Positions 10,201 to 19,472 of a DNA stretch of 33,522 bases are shown in pieces. The stretch is from an uncultured Clostridia bacterium. GTDB taxonomy: Bacteria; Bacillota; Clostridia; TANB77; CAG-508. A program made the position numbers and the translations under genes. The DNA is taken from assembly GCA_949746285.1 (NCBI GenBank), contig CATJZH010000142.1, forward strand, positions 1-33,522, written 5' to 3'. The stretch's first letter is position 1; every line of letters starts with the position of its first letter. The notes below the pieces were generated by a model. It was given only the letters and a program-made list of their open reading frames with translations. It was not told where the DNA came from and did not search any database.

Positions 10201-10545
10201 AAAGGATTAATTTTAGCAGATATTTCAATTGTAAAATTGATGGACAATAAATTGCAAACAGGTAGTTCTGATATAATTCCAGTATGTATAAAAAAAGATG
10301 GAACTATAAGTGAAAGTAAATCTAGTGTAATAAATAAAGAGAATTTTGATAAATTACAGTTAAAAGTAAAAGATATAATAAAAGAAATTTCAAAAGAGAT
10401 TTTAAGCGGTAAAATAAATATAAGACCATACAATTATAATAAAAAGACAGGTTGCGATTATTGTAAATATAAAACAATTTGTATGTTTAATACTAATATA
10501 AAAGGAAATGAATATAATTATATTACTAAAAAAGAATTAGATTAG
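7264..10545 (+). CDS. addB: ATP-dependent helicase/nuclease subunit B (AddB/RexB)
   Basis: Walker A GRSGTGKS, LIVPEQ, nuclease motif GKIDRID...IIDYKS, LQIQLITY, and Fe-S Cys residues (RCPF...CDYC...IC). Confidence 0.95.
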   Translation: MNLNLVYGRSGTGKSEYICNDIKKHMGERKIFLIVPEQCNLSAEKKLFDVLELSSLIDIEVLTLSRMAYRVSNEVGGIKDHLSKVGKDMLIFDLISREKSNLNFLGKSEKNIDIVNRLFTELKKHQISVQDLENAEIDNQYMNLKLRDITNLYKKYEEKLSNKFIDENDSLTLLAENLSKIKMFEDTLIYIDEFLGFTPQEYKVFEELIKQTYEITVSVAADNLEADTSKENDIFYFNKKYANKIIEIGKKNRAEIKKICLDETHRFKNEELKFLEKNFNSSNDKYKDKVSNIKLFLSSNPYMELEYVAQNIYNLVKNCGYRYNEIGIIAEDVDKYSEDAKAVCSKYDIPLFVDNKKELNQNILIKFIIAMLDIFAQNWSFDSVFNYLKIGLLDIEDEDIYLLENYCRKWGIRSSKFYNREFNYEQINDIQEKLENIRKQICNPLLDFKKKVSTNKDANQITKEIYNFLDDNKIFENLNMKLKEYNNIELSDEYNTSYKLLVEILEEICLIFGTERMTFDKYIKLLEVGLTSSKLGKIPATQDQVVLGDTERTRSNKLKVVFVIGINDGTFPKANRVEGYFNDEDRRMLKEEAGIELAKDSVDSLYEEQFNIYRTLTTPEEKLFLFYCSSDKEGKAIRPSILIKKLKRMFLHLEEKSDIINKEIVKTNERATFEETLNIYKEYLEGKELKADEEGLLRYFFHKDKARIKRAISGIYYSNKSEDISDENVEKLYGASLKTSVSRLESYRRCPFSFHLTYGLKLKEKEEIKIEAISTGSFMHEVIDEFFKRVDENNLNIKEITEEEILEIVNKIVQELLQMSKYYIFTSSAKFRLLTRRLKKVVYKSICYIVYSLKYSDFSILGNEIEFSNSSEYKTINLEVGNKKVEITGKIDRIDTAKLGDKQYVRIIDYKSSTKDIDMNQVLSGLQIQLITYLDAICNQTELEASGILYMGLIDNVVKNAKNLSNEEIENKIRNNFKMKGLILADISIVKLMDNKLQTGSSDIIPVCIKKDGTISESKSSVINKENFDKLQLKVKDIIKEISKEILSGKINIRPYNYNKKTGCDYCKYKTICMFNTNIKGNEYNYITKKELD

Positions 10546-10562
10546 AAAAAGTGAGGATAGAT

Positions 10563-11654
10563 ATGGAGATTAGTAGACCTACTATTATGGAAGTTGATTT
10601 GGCTGCATTGGAATTTAATATAACACAAATAAAGAACTTTGTTGGAAAAAATGTTCAAATTATGCCAGTTATTAAAGCAAATGCATATGGTACCTATATA
10701 AATAAACTTGATTATATAATAAATAAATTTGAAATTGTTGCAGTAGCACTTGTAGATGAAGCAGTAGCTCTAAGAAATATGGGATATAGTAAAGAGATAT
10801 TTGTACTAAATCAACCAGATAAACAAGAAATTGAAAAGATTATAAAATACAATATAACAGTAGGGATTACTGATATTTCTTTTGTTAGAGAATTAGGAAA
10901 CAGAACTAAAAATAGTAAAATACATATAGAAGTAGATACAGGAATGGGAAGAACAGGTGTAAATCCTAAAAATTTGATGGGCTTTATAACAGAAATTCAA
11001 AAATATACTAATATATGTATAGATGGAATATATACACATCTTTCATCAGCAGATACAGACCATGAGTATACAGAAAACCAATTACAAATTTTTAATGAAT
11101 GTGTATGTGAAGCTAAAGGAAGATTAAAATTAAAATATATACATTGTTTAGCTTCAAATGGTATTCTAAATTTTTGTAAAAATTCTTATAATATTGTAAG
11201 ACCAGGAATTATTTTATATGGATATGAGGCTGGAGAAAATACTTTTGAAAAAATTAATCTAAAACCAGTTTGTAAATTAAAGTCTAAAATAACTTTTTTA
11301 AAAGAAGTAGCTGCAAATATTTCTATAAGTTATTCAAGAAAGTTTATAACTACAAGAAAAAGTAAAATTGCAACTATTCCGATAGGATATGCAGATGGTT
11401 TAAGAAGAGAACTTTCTGGTAAGGGATATGTTGTTATAAATAATGAAAAAGCACCAATTGTTGGAACGATTTGTATGGATAGTATTATGGTAGATGTAAC
11501 AGATTTAAAAAATGTTTCAGTTGCAACAGATGTATATATTTGGGATAATAAAATAATAACATTAGAAGATATTGCAAATTTGACAGGAACAATAAATTAT
11601 GAGATATTAAGTACAATATCAGATAGAGTTCCAAGAAAATTTATTGAAAGGTAG
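10563..11654 (+). CDS. alr: Alanine racemase
   Basis: VIKANAYG PLP lysine, DTGMGRTG, RPGIILYG, GYADG, ICMD and GTINYE. Start set at ATG 10563 after GAGGA. Confidence 0.96.
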   Translation: MEISRPTIMEVDLAALEFNITQIKNFVGKNVQIMPVIKANAYGTYINKLDYIINKFEIVAVALVDEAVALRNMGYSKEIFVLNQPDKQEIEKIIKYNITVGITDISFVRELGNRTKNSKIHIEVDTGMGRTGVNPKNLMGFITEIQKYTNICIDGIYTHLSSADTDHEYTENQLQIFNECVCEAKGRLKLKYIHCLASNGILNFCKNSYNIVRPGIILYGYEAGENTFEKINLKPVCKLKSKITFLKEVAANISISYSRKFITTRKSKIATIPIGYADGLRRELSGKGYVVINNEKAPIVGTICMDSIMVDVTDLKNVSVATDVYIWDNKIITLEDIANLTGTINYEILSTISDRVPRKFIER

Positions 11655-11659
11655 TTAAT

Positions 11660-12451
11660 ATGTTTAATGTTAAAAGTGATGAAATAGTATATAAAAATAA
11701 AAATGGAATTGAATATATACAATTTAAAAAATTATTAGACTTAAATATAAAACATGCATATACTTTAAAAGGTGAAGGAATAGATTTTAATGTAAAAGGA
11801 GAAAAAGAGCTAGAATGTAATAAAAAACTTTTTGATGCATTAGAAATAGATATTGAAACTTGTACAAAACCTATTCAAACACATACTAGTAAAGTTAGAT
11901 GTGTAAATAGAGTAATGAGCAAATTGGAACTCGAAAATGTAGATGGTTTAATTACAAATCAAAAAGGAATTACTTTAGCAACTACAAATGCAGATTGTAT
12001 TTTATTTTTATTTTATGATCCAATTGAAAAAGTTATAGCAAATGTTCATTCTGGTTGGAAGGGTACTTTTCAAAAGATTTCTGAGAAAACTGTTACAAAA
12101 ATGATAAATTATTACAAATGCAAGCCAGAAAATATATTGTGTTTTATATGTCCAAGCATACGCAAATGCCATTTTGAAGTAGATGAGGATGTAAAATTGT
12201 TATGTGAAAGTATTTTTAATTTTACAAATCAGGTAGAAAAATTTATTGAAAAAGGAAAAGTAATAGATGGAAAACAAAAATACTTTATAGATACAGTTTT
12301 AATAAATAGAATTATTTTAGAGGAATTAGGGATAAAAAAGGAAAATATTATAGATAGTAATTTATGTAGTGTTTGTAACAGTGATAAAATAGCTTCTTAC
12401 AGAGTGGAAGGAGCCAATTTTAAAAGAGCAACAGCAGTAATTACTTTATAA
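11660..12451 (+). CDS. pgeF: Peptidoglycan editing factor PgeF / YfiH-like purine nucleoside enzyme
   Basis: QTHT, DGLIT, ADC, HSGWKG, PSI..CHFEV and SYR motifs. Confidence 0.9.
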   Translation: MFNVKSDEIVYKNKNGIEYIQFKKLLDLNIKHAYTLKGEGIDFNVKGEKELECNKKLFDALEIDIETCTKPIQTHTSKVRCVNRVMSKLELENVDGLITNQKGITLATTNADCILFLFYDPIEKVIANVHSGWKGTFQKISEKTVTKMINYYKCKPENILCFICPSIRKCHFEVDEDVKLLCESIFNFTNQVEKFIEKGKVIDGKQKYFIDTVLINRIILEELGIKKENIIDSNLCSVCNSDKIASYRVEGANFKRATAVITL

Positions 12452-12468
12452 ATGAAAGTAGGATAGTT

Positions 12469-13023
12469 ATGTTTGAAAAGTTGGAAGAAATAGAAGAGGT
12501 AGTAAAAAGATGTAGTAAATGCAATTTATGTAAAAATAGAACTAATATTGTTTTTGGAACTGGTAATGAAAATGCAGATGTAATGTTTATAGGCGAAGGA
12601 CCTGGGGCAGACGAAGATAGAGAAGGAATACCTTTCGTTGGAAAAGCTGGTAAGTTAATGAATCAAGCATTTTTAGGAATTGGAATTTCTAGGGAAGATG
12701 TATATATTGGAAACATTGTAAAGTGTAGACCTCCAAATAATAGAACACCACTTAAAGAAGAAGCTGATGCATGTTTAGATTATTTAAGAAATCAGGTTTT
12801 AATAATAAAACCTAAAATAGTAGTATTGCTTGGGAATACAGCACTAAAAAATATTTTGGGAGAACAATATGGAATCACAGCTTCAAGAGGAAAGTGGATA
12901 GAAAAGAAGGGAATTAAGTATTTACCAACATTTCATCCAGCAGCTTTGCTTAGAGATGAAAGTAAAAAAATAGATTTTTGGAATGACTTAAAATTAGTTA
13001 AACAAGAGATGTCAAATTTGTAA
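12469..13023 (+). CDS. Uracil-DNA glycosylase family 4 (Fe-S)
   Basis: [26 protein letters not shown] and HPAALLR motifs. Confidence 0.95.
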   Translation: MFEKLEEIEEVVKRCSKCNLCKNRTNIVFGTGNENADVMFIGEGPGADEDREGIPFVGKAGKLMNQAFLGIGISREDVYIGNIVKCRPPNNRTPLKEEADACLDYLRNQVLIIKPKIVVLLGNTALKNILGEQYGITASRGKWIEKKGIKYLPTFHPAALLRDESKKIDFWNDLKLVKQEMSNL

Positions 13024-13025
13024 GT

Positions 13026-13053
13026 AAAAAAGATGGATTTTTATCCATCTTTT
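13026..13053. terminator. Bidirectional terminator between convergent genes
   Basis: AAAAGATGGAT-TTTT-ATCCATCTTTT with A/T runs on both sides. Confidence 0.8.
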
Positions 13054-14185
13054 AATATTCTTTTTGTCTAAATGTTTCTTCAACTAATAATTTTAATTTA
13101 TCAAATAGCTTTTGAAAGAACTGGAAACCATATGTGTGTTGCTGAGTACTTGATAGTTCTTTAGAAATTGAGTCTAATGTTAATATGTTTCCATACTTTA
13201 ATATAAATTCTTTCTTTTCTTGAACTTGTCTTATTATATCTGCAGAAAAGTCATTATAAAAGTTATAATTTTCTGTATTTATAAGTAAAGATTTAAAATC
13301 GTCTAATTTATATTCAAATTCTTCTACATCTTCTAATGTTCTTACAGAATTTAATTCGCTATTAAAACAATTTAATATAATAGCATTTTGAGTTTCAAGT
13401 GTTTTTTCAAATATAATTTGTTTTAGATTTTCAATTTTTGAATTTATATTTCTAACTTTATTAATACTAGAATTATCTTCTGAACAAATAGATAAATTAT
13501 ATATTTCATTTGAAAGCCTTGATTCATATTCACAAATTAAATCGAAATTCTTTTCTATTTCAGAATAAGCTTTACTACTAGATTTAGCTATAAATGTATT
13601 TTTAAAAATATCATCACTATATAAGGTACTATGATATAGCGGATAAGAACCTGTAAAATAAATCATTTCATTAAGTAAAGCTGTTTGCAATGGATAAAAG
13701 TCGGGACTTTCTGTAGAAAGCTCCATATTATAATATTTTACAGTATCTAGTGGAGAATTTGTTGCAACAGCTGCCATATGTTGAACAGCAGCTTCATTAA
13801 GTGCCATACCATCATCTGCAGTACCTTTCATGTTATAAAGTCCAAGTCTTAATAATTTTCCTCTTTTGTTTTTTACTTCTTGAATAAAATGCAATGATTC
13901 ATGTATAGCTAATGTATTTAAATCTTCTAAATCCATATTTTTACTAAAGTATATAGAATTATTTTTATAGAAATATTTTGCCATAGCCATGTCATTAGGC
14001 ATTTCTGCAATATACATATCTAGCTTTGTAATAGAATCAAATAAATCTTGTTTATCAATATTATGTTCTGGAAAAGCACTAGTTATTTTTTCAGATATAT
14101 TAGAAGCAATTTTATTTATTTCTAATGTATTTAATTTACCAACTATATTTATTCCTTCATTTTTTAATGTAGAACTTATACTCAT
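13052..14185 (-). CDS. Hypothetical protein with a zincin-like HEXXH motif
   Basis: 377-aa ORF with GAGGAG RBS; AIHESLHFIQ plus downstream ALNEAAVQ; no signal peptide. Confidence 0.75.
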   Translation of the reverse strand: MSISSTLKNEGINIVGKLNTLEINKIASNISEKITSAFPEHNIDKQDLFDSITKLDMYIAEMPNDMAMAKYFYKNNSIYFSKNMDLEDLNTLAIHESLHFIQEVKNKRGKLLRLGLYNMKGTADDGMALNEAAVQHMAAVATNSPLDTVKYYNMELSTESPDFYPLQTALLNEMIYFTGSYPLYHSTLYSDDIFKNTFIAKSSSKAYSEIEKNFDLICEYESRLSNEIYNLSICSEDNSSINKVRNINSKIENLKQIIFEKTLETQNAIILNCFNSELNSVRTLEDVEEFEYKLDDFKSLLINTENYNFYNDFSADIIRQVQEKKEFILKYGNILTLDSISKELSSTQQHTYGFQFFQKLFDKLKLLVEETFRQKEY

Positions 14186-14406
14186 AATAACTCCTCAAAT
14201 CTTTAGTATATATAATATTATACAACAAAAAAGCTAAATATAAATATCAACTTTATTAAGAAAGTATTACATTTTAGTTACAAAGCCAATATTTTCAAGT
14301 GTTACTAAAATTTAATATGTAGAAAATAGGTTTATGAAAGTATTATTTTCCGTAGACATATATATATTGAAAAAAAGCTTAAACTCGTGATACTAAAGAA
14401 ATAGAC

Positions 14407-14434
14407 TTGTTTTCGCTTTTTAAAAGAGTATAAT
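14407..14434 (+). promoter_or_regulatory. Sigma-A promoter of the C1A protease gene
   Basis: TTGTTT-16bp-TATAAT. Confidence 0.5.
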
Positions 14435-14467
14435 AGAATTAATTTATATTTGAAAGAGAGTAAAGTG

Positions 14468-16525
14468 ATGAAAAATTTGTTGAAAGTAAGTAAAGAAAAG
14501 TTAACAATTGCAATGTCTACTTTTCTTGCAGGAATAGTTTTGACAGGATCAGTTTTTGCAGCTGATTTTGAATTAGAACTTACAAATGAATTTAAAGAAT
14601 GGAATAAATTATCACCAGAAGAAAAAGAAGTTATAGATATGCCTCAATCTTTTTCGTTTGAGATTCCTAATAGTATATTAAAAAAATATAAAACTCCAAC
14701 TTTAGTAGGAGCGTTAAAAAGAAATGGAAGAGTAAATCTAAAAAATGTTTCTGCAACTACCTCAGATTCAAGATTTAGTTTAGCAGATGATTTAAATATG
14801 AGAGTAGAAAATCAAGAATCAACAAATGAATGTTGGGCTTTTTCTGTAATTAAATCTATGGAAACAAATATAGCTTTAAAAAATGGAGATACTAATTTAA
14901 GAGATTTTTCAGAAAGACATATGGATTATTCATTAATAAAAACTTTTACAGATGGAGAAAATGAAAATTCTTTAAATAGAGAAGCAGGAGATGGTGGATT
15001 ACCTATAATGGGACTTGCATATTTAACAAATGGGCAAGGAGCAATATTGGAAGAATCAATGCCATTTGAAAATAATGCAGATAAGATTTCTTTGGAAAGT
15101 ATAGATAATAAAGAAATTGACACAATTGCAACAGGTTATTCAGTTTTACCAACTATAAGCAAAAGTTATGAAAAAGATAGTAGTGGAAATACAGTATCAG
15201 TTACATACAAAGATGCAAATGGAAAAGTTTTATCAGATGAAGAAGTAGCAGGAATTAGAAATATAATAAAAGAACATCTAATAAACAATGGAGCAATAGC
15301 TGGATTTACAGCAGGGTCAAAAAGTGAATTTTACAATGGTTCTACAATTTTTGCTTCGTCAGCGTATAATTGTAATAATTCATCTACAGTAAGAGACCAT
15401 GCAATAACAATAGTTGGATGGGATGATAATTATTCAAAAGATAATTTTAAAGAAGGTAGAAAACCTTCTAGAGATGGTGCATATATTGTACTAAACTCAT
15501 ATGGAGAAGAAGTATTTGATTTTGGATATGTTTACATATCATATGAAGACTTTTTTATAGAAAGTGAAATATATGGTATAACATCAACATCAAATAAAGA
15601 TTATGATAATTTATATCAACATGACTTCTTCGGAGGAATTTTAAAATTAGGTTCTGCAGGTTCAAATACAGGTTATTATGCTAGTGTTTATGACAGAGAT
15701 CCTTCAAAAACTGAAGTGCTAAATAGTGTAGGAGTTACTGTTTCAGACTATGTAAATTTAGAAATATATGTTAACCCTAAAGGAAATACTTTAAAAGATA
15801 CTGATTTAATTAAAGTTGGAAATACTACATCTGTTTTAGAACCAGGATATCATAGAATAAATATAAATCCTATATATTTAAAAGGAGATACATTTGCAAT
15901 AGTTATAAAACAAACAGCAATACAAGGAGAAAAATTTAATTTTGAAATAGAAGCTAATGTTGCAAATACAGCATATAGCGAAGTAGATTCTGAAAATAAA
16001 AGTTATATTTCATTAGATGGAGAAACTTGGACAAACCTTTCAGCACTGAATGTAGAAGGTGTAGATATGAGTAAGTCAGATGTTTGTATAAAAGGTTTTA
16101 CAACTGAAACAGCAATACCAGAAGCACCATCATCAAATGTATATAAAATTGAAAATGAATATATATTAAATATTAAATATAATAGTTCAAAAGGAGAAGT
16201 ATTAGGAAACATAAAAACAGCCTCAGATGTAACAATATGTGATGATGAAGGAAATGAAATTTTAGACAATAATGAAATTATAAAAACTGGAATGAAATTA
16301 AAATTATCTGATAATTCTGAATATATTTTAATTGTAAGAGGGGATACTAATTGTGATGGAAATTTAACATTGACAGATTTATCTAAATTATTGCTTCATT
16401 ACAATGAAACTAAAGGATTTGAATTAGAAGGAAATGCAGTTAAAGCAGCAGATCTGAATTTTGATGGAAAAATAACACTTACAGATTTATCTCAACTTTT
16501 AGTTTTATATAATTCAATAGATTAA
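14468..16525 (+). CDS. Secreted C1A (papain-like) cysteine protease with lectin-like domain and C-terminal dockerin
   Basis: Signal peptide ending SVFA; QESTNECWAF (Gln/Cys), DHAITIVGWDD (His), NSYG (Asn); YQHD...CIKGFT lectin-like region; two dockerin Ca-binding repeats GDTNCDGNLTLTDL and ADLNFDGKITLTDL. ATG 14468 preferred over TTG 14450. Confidence 0.9.
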   Translation: MKNLLKVSKEKLTIAMSTFLAGIVLTGSVFAADFELELTNEFKEWNKLSPEEKEVIDMPQSFSFEIPNSILKKYKTPTLVGALKRNGRVNLKNVSATTSDSRFSLADDLNMRVENQESTNECWAFSVIKSMETNIALKNGDTNLRDFSERHMDYSLIKTFTDGENENSLNREAGDGGLPIMGLAYLTNGQGAILEESMPFENNADKISLESIDNKEIDTIATGYSVLPTISKSYEKDSSGNTVSVTYKDANGKVLSDEEVAGIRNIIKEHLINNGAIAGFTAGSKSEFYNGSTIFASSAYNCNNSSTVRDHAITIVGWDDNYSKDNFKEGRKPSRDGAYIVLNSYGEEVFDFGYVYISYEDFFIESEIYGITSTSNKDYDNLYQHDFFGGILKLGSAGSNTGYYASVYDRDPSKTEVLNSVGVTVSDYVNLEIYVNPKGNTLKDTDLIKVGNTTSVLEPGYHRININPIYLKGDTFAIVIKQTAIQGEKFNFEIEANVANTAYSEVDSENKSYISLDGETWTNLSALNVEGVDMSKSDVCIKGFTTETAIPEAPSSNVYKIENEYILNIKYNSSKGEVLGNIKTASDVTICDDEGNEILDNNEIIKTGMKLKLSDNSEYILIVRGDTNCDGNLTLTDLSKLLLHYNETKGFELEGNAVKAADLNFDGKITLTDLSQLLVLYNSID

Positions 16526-16565
16526 TTATGTTATTAAAATGTAATAAAAAAAACAAGAAAATTAC

Positions 16566-16594
16566 TTGATTTTTCTAACATAAAAAGTTATACT
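16566..16594 (+). promoter_or_regulatory. Sigma-A promoter of the cohesin-like gene
   Basis: TTGATT-17bp-TATACT, followed by an AAGGAG RBS. Confidence 0.65.
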
Positions 16595-16613
16595 TAAGGA
16601 AAGGAGTGTTCAT

Positions 16614-17384
16614 ATGAAGAAGAAGTTATTAAAAGTTACAATTATAGCACTATTATTAGTAATAATGTATAGCACTATTGCTAATGCATTCAGCTTCACA
16701 GTGTCAATGACACCAAGTAGCTCTAATCTTGATGTGTCTACTGAATTTACTATAATGGTAAAAATAGCTAATTTAGATGTAGGTACAAATGGAATAAATA
16801 CATTATCAGGTACTTTAAATTATGATGAAGATGTATTCGAACCTATAAATGATAGCAGCATAGATGGACAAAATGGATGGCGTCCTACTTATAATGCAGA
16901 AAATAAAAAAATTACATTATTAAAAGAATTATTTGTAAAATCAGAAGAAAATATTTTTACAGTAACTCTTAAAACAAAAGCAGATGTGCCAGACGGAACA
17001 GTTGGAAAAGTAGAATTTGTAGGAATTATGGCTTCTAATAGTGAGAATGATATTACAGCATCTGATATTTCAACTTCAATTACAGTAGGTGGAGATGGGC
17101 AAAGCTCAGCAAATATCACAAATGAAAGAAATTCATCAGCAAATCTTATTATTAGGCCTACAAACAATACAATAGTATCTCCTAATATTAATAATACAGA
17201 AAACAATACAGTAAACAATACTAATACTTATGTACCAGGATATTTAAATCAAGACAATTCAACAGATGAAGATATGCCATATACAGGTATAGAAGATACA
17301 TTGGTTTATTTTGTAGGAGCAGCTATTATATTAGCAATTGTATTTTATATAAAATTTGAAAAAGTAAATAAAGAAATGATGTAA
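16614..17384 (+). CDS. Cell-wall-anchored cohesin-like protein (signal peptide, cohesin-like beta-sandwich, Asn/Thr-rich linker, LPXTG-like MPYTG, TM, basic tail)
   Basis: Signal peptide ending ANA; EFTIMVKIAN...GINTLSGTLNYDEDVFE...IFTVTLKTK cohesin-like pattern; MPYTG at 17274-17288 followed by a hydrophobic helix and a Lys-containing tail. Confidence 0.75.
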   Translation: MKKKLLKVTIIALLLVIMYSTIANAFSFTVSMTPSSSNLDVSTEFTIMVKIANLDVGTNGINTLSGTLNYDEDVFEPINDSSIDGQNGWRPTYNAENKKITLLKELFVKSEENIFTVTLKTKADVPDGTVGKVEFVGIMASNSENDITASDISTSITVGGDGQSSANITNERNSSANLIIRPTNNTIVSPNINNTENNTVNNTNTYVPGYLNQDNSTDEDMPYTGIEDTLVYFVGAAIILAIVFYIKFEKVNKEMM

Positions 17385-17388
17385 TATA

Positions 17389-17424
17389 AAAAAAGAGGCG
17401 ACTAAAAGGTTGCCTCTTTTTTTT
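17389..17424 (+). terminator. Rho-independent terminator
   Basis: AAAAAAGAGGCGAC-loop-GTTGCCTCTTTTTTTT. Confidence 0.88.
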
Positions 17425-17464
17425 CGAATATTTTATATAGTTAGTTAATAATTATATAAAATAT

Positions 17465-17493
17465 TTGAAAAATAAAAAACGATAATATATAAT
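17465..17493 (+). promoter_or_regulatory. Sigma-A promoter of topB
   Basis: TTGAAA-17bp-TATAAT. Confidence 0.65.
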
Positions 17494-17524
17494 AAGGATA
17501 CTATAAAATTAAAGGATGTATTAA

Positions 17525-19429
17525 ATGAAATTAATAATAACAGAAAAACCTTCAGTAGCAATGGAATTTGCAAAAGTATTAAACTTAAATACAACTAAAA
17601 AAAATGGATATATAGAAGACAAAGATTGGATTATAACTTGGTGTTATGGACATTTAGTTACAATGAGTTATCCAGAGGTGTATGATGAAGAACTTAAATT
17701 TTGGAGATTAGATACATTACCTTTTATACCAAAAGAATGGAAATATGAAGTTATATCTGGAGGAATTCAAGCAAAACAATTCGAGATAGTGAAAAAATTG
17801 CTACAAAGAGAAGATGTAACAGAAATTTATAACGCAGGTGACTCTGGACGTGAAGGAGAATATATTCAAAGACTAGTATTTATGATGGCAAACCCAAATC
17901 CAAAAGCAGAGATGAAAAGAGTTTGGATAGACTCACAAACAGAAGAAGAAATACAAAGAGGAATAAAAGAAGCTAAAGATTTAAAAGAATATGATAGTTT
18001 ATCAGACTCAGCATATTTAAGAGCAAAAGAAGATTATTTAATCGGTATAAATTTTTCTAGATTATTATCAATAATATTTGGAAGAAGAATAGCTAAAGAT
18101 ATAAATGAAGAAAAAGTTTCTATTTCAGTAGGTAGAGTAATGACATGTGTATTAGGAATGGTAGTAAGTAGGGAAAGAGAAATACGAAATTTTGTAAAAA
18201 CAAAGTACTATAAAATAATAGGAAATTTTGGCACAGAAGAATCTTCTTTTAAAGCAGAATGGAAAGTTACTGAAAATTCAAAACTATATAATAGTAATTT
18301 ATTATACAATGAAACTGGATTCAAAAAAGAAGAAACTGCTAAGAAATTTACTCATAGTTTAAAAGATAAAAAAGTAGTAGTTACAGAAATAAAAAAGTCA
18401 AAACAAAAAGAAAATGCACCATTATTATTTAATTTAGCTGAAATACAAAATGAGTGTACAAAAGTCTTTAAAATAAAACCAGATGAAACACTTGAAATTA
18501 TTCAAGAATTATATGAAAAAAAATTAGTTACATATCCTAGAACAGATGCTAGAGTTTTATCAACAGCAATAGCAAAAGAAATAGGAAAAAATCTAAATGG
18601 TTTATATAAAAATTTTAAAGATGAAGAAATAAGCAAGTATATTTCTAAAATGATAGATGAAAAATATAGTACAAATTTAGTAAAAACAAAGTATGTAAAT
18701 GATAGTAAAATAACAGATCATTATGCTATTATTCCAACAGGACAGGGATTTGAAAATTACGAAAAATTGTCTGACTTAAAAAAAGATGTATATAAACTAA
18801 TTGTAAAAAGATTTGTAGCAATATTTTATCCACCAGCAGAATATAATAAAGTAAATTTAAATCTTGACGTAGAAGGAGAAGTTTTTAGTAGTAGTGGTAA
18901 AGTATGTACAAAACAAGGATATTTAGAAGTATTAAAAAACAGAATAAAAAATGAAGAAGAGAAAGACTTAAGTATATTTACTAATTTGAAAAAAGGACAA
19001 GAAGTAAATGTTTTAAATTATGAAACTAAAGATTCAGAAACATCCCCACCATCTAGATATAATTCGGGTGGAATGGTACTTGCAATGGAAAATGCAGGAA
19101 AACTTATAGAAGATGAAGAATTAAGAGAACAAATAAAAGGAGCGGGAATAGGAACATCAGCAACAAGAGGAGAAATAATTAAAAAGTTAGAAAGAATTTC
19201 ATATATACAAATAAATGCCAAAACTCAAATTATAACACCAACTGCAAAAGGAGAAGCAATTTATGATGTTGTTAGTAAATCTATACCAGATATGTTAAAT
19301 CCAAATTTAACAGCTAGTTGGGAAAAAGGACTAGACATGGTTGCAAAAAAAGAAATTGAACCACAGATTTTTATGGATAAATTAGAAAAGTATATAACTT
19401 CAAAAATTGATAAACTAGTTTTAAAATAA
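17525..19429 (+). CDS. topB: Type IA DNA topoisomerase (Topo III-like) without C-terminal Zn ribbons
   Basis: EKPSVA, TOPRIM AGDSGREGE, SVGRVMT, active-site TYPRTD, DHYAIIPT and GIGTSATR. Confidence 0.88.
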   Translation: MKLIITEKPSVAMEFAKVLNLNTTKKNGYIEDKDWIITWCYGHLVTMSYPEVYDEELKFWRLDTLPFIPKEWKYEVISGGIQAKQFEIVKKLLQREDVTEIYNAGDSGREGEYIQRLVFMMANPNPKAEMKRVWIDSQTEEEIQRGIKEAKDLKEYDSLSDSAYLRAKEDYLIGINFSRLLSIIFGRRIAKDINEEKVSISVGRVMTCVLGMVVSREREIRNFVKTKYYKIIGNFGTEESSFKAEWKVTENSKLYNSNLLYNETGFKKEETAKKFTHSLKDKKVVVTEIKKSKQKENAPLLFNLAEIQNECTKVFKIKPDETLEIIQELYEKKLVTYPRTDARVLSTAIAKEIGKNLNGLYKNFKDEEISKYISKMIDEKYSTNLVKTKYVNDSKITDHYAIIPTGQGFENYEKLSDLKKDVYKLIVKRFVAIFYPPAEYNKVNLNLDVEGEVFSSSGKVCTKQGYLEVLKNRIKNEEEKDLSIFTNLKKGQEVNVLNYETKDSETSPPSRYNSGGMVLAMENAGKLIEDEELREQIKGAGIGTSATRGEIIKKLERISYIQINAKTQIITPTAKGEAIYDVVSKSIPDMLNPNLTASWEKGLDMVAKKEIEPQIFMDKLEKYITSKIDKLVLK

Positions 19430-19472
19430 AAAAAGTTCTATATCATTTTATTAAATAGATATAGAACTTTTT
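19429..19472 (+). terminator. Terminator after topB
   Basis: AAAAAGTTCTATATC-loop-GATATAGAACTTTTT. Confidence 0.8.

Noticed and set aside
17525-19429. topB as a marker of a conjugative element
   Set aside because: The neighbours are chromosomal genes, with no relaxase, T4SS or integrase.
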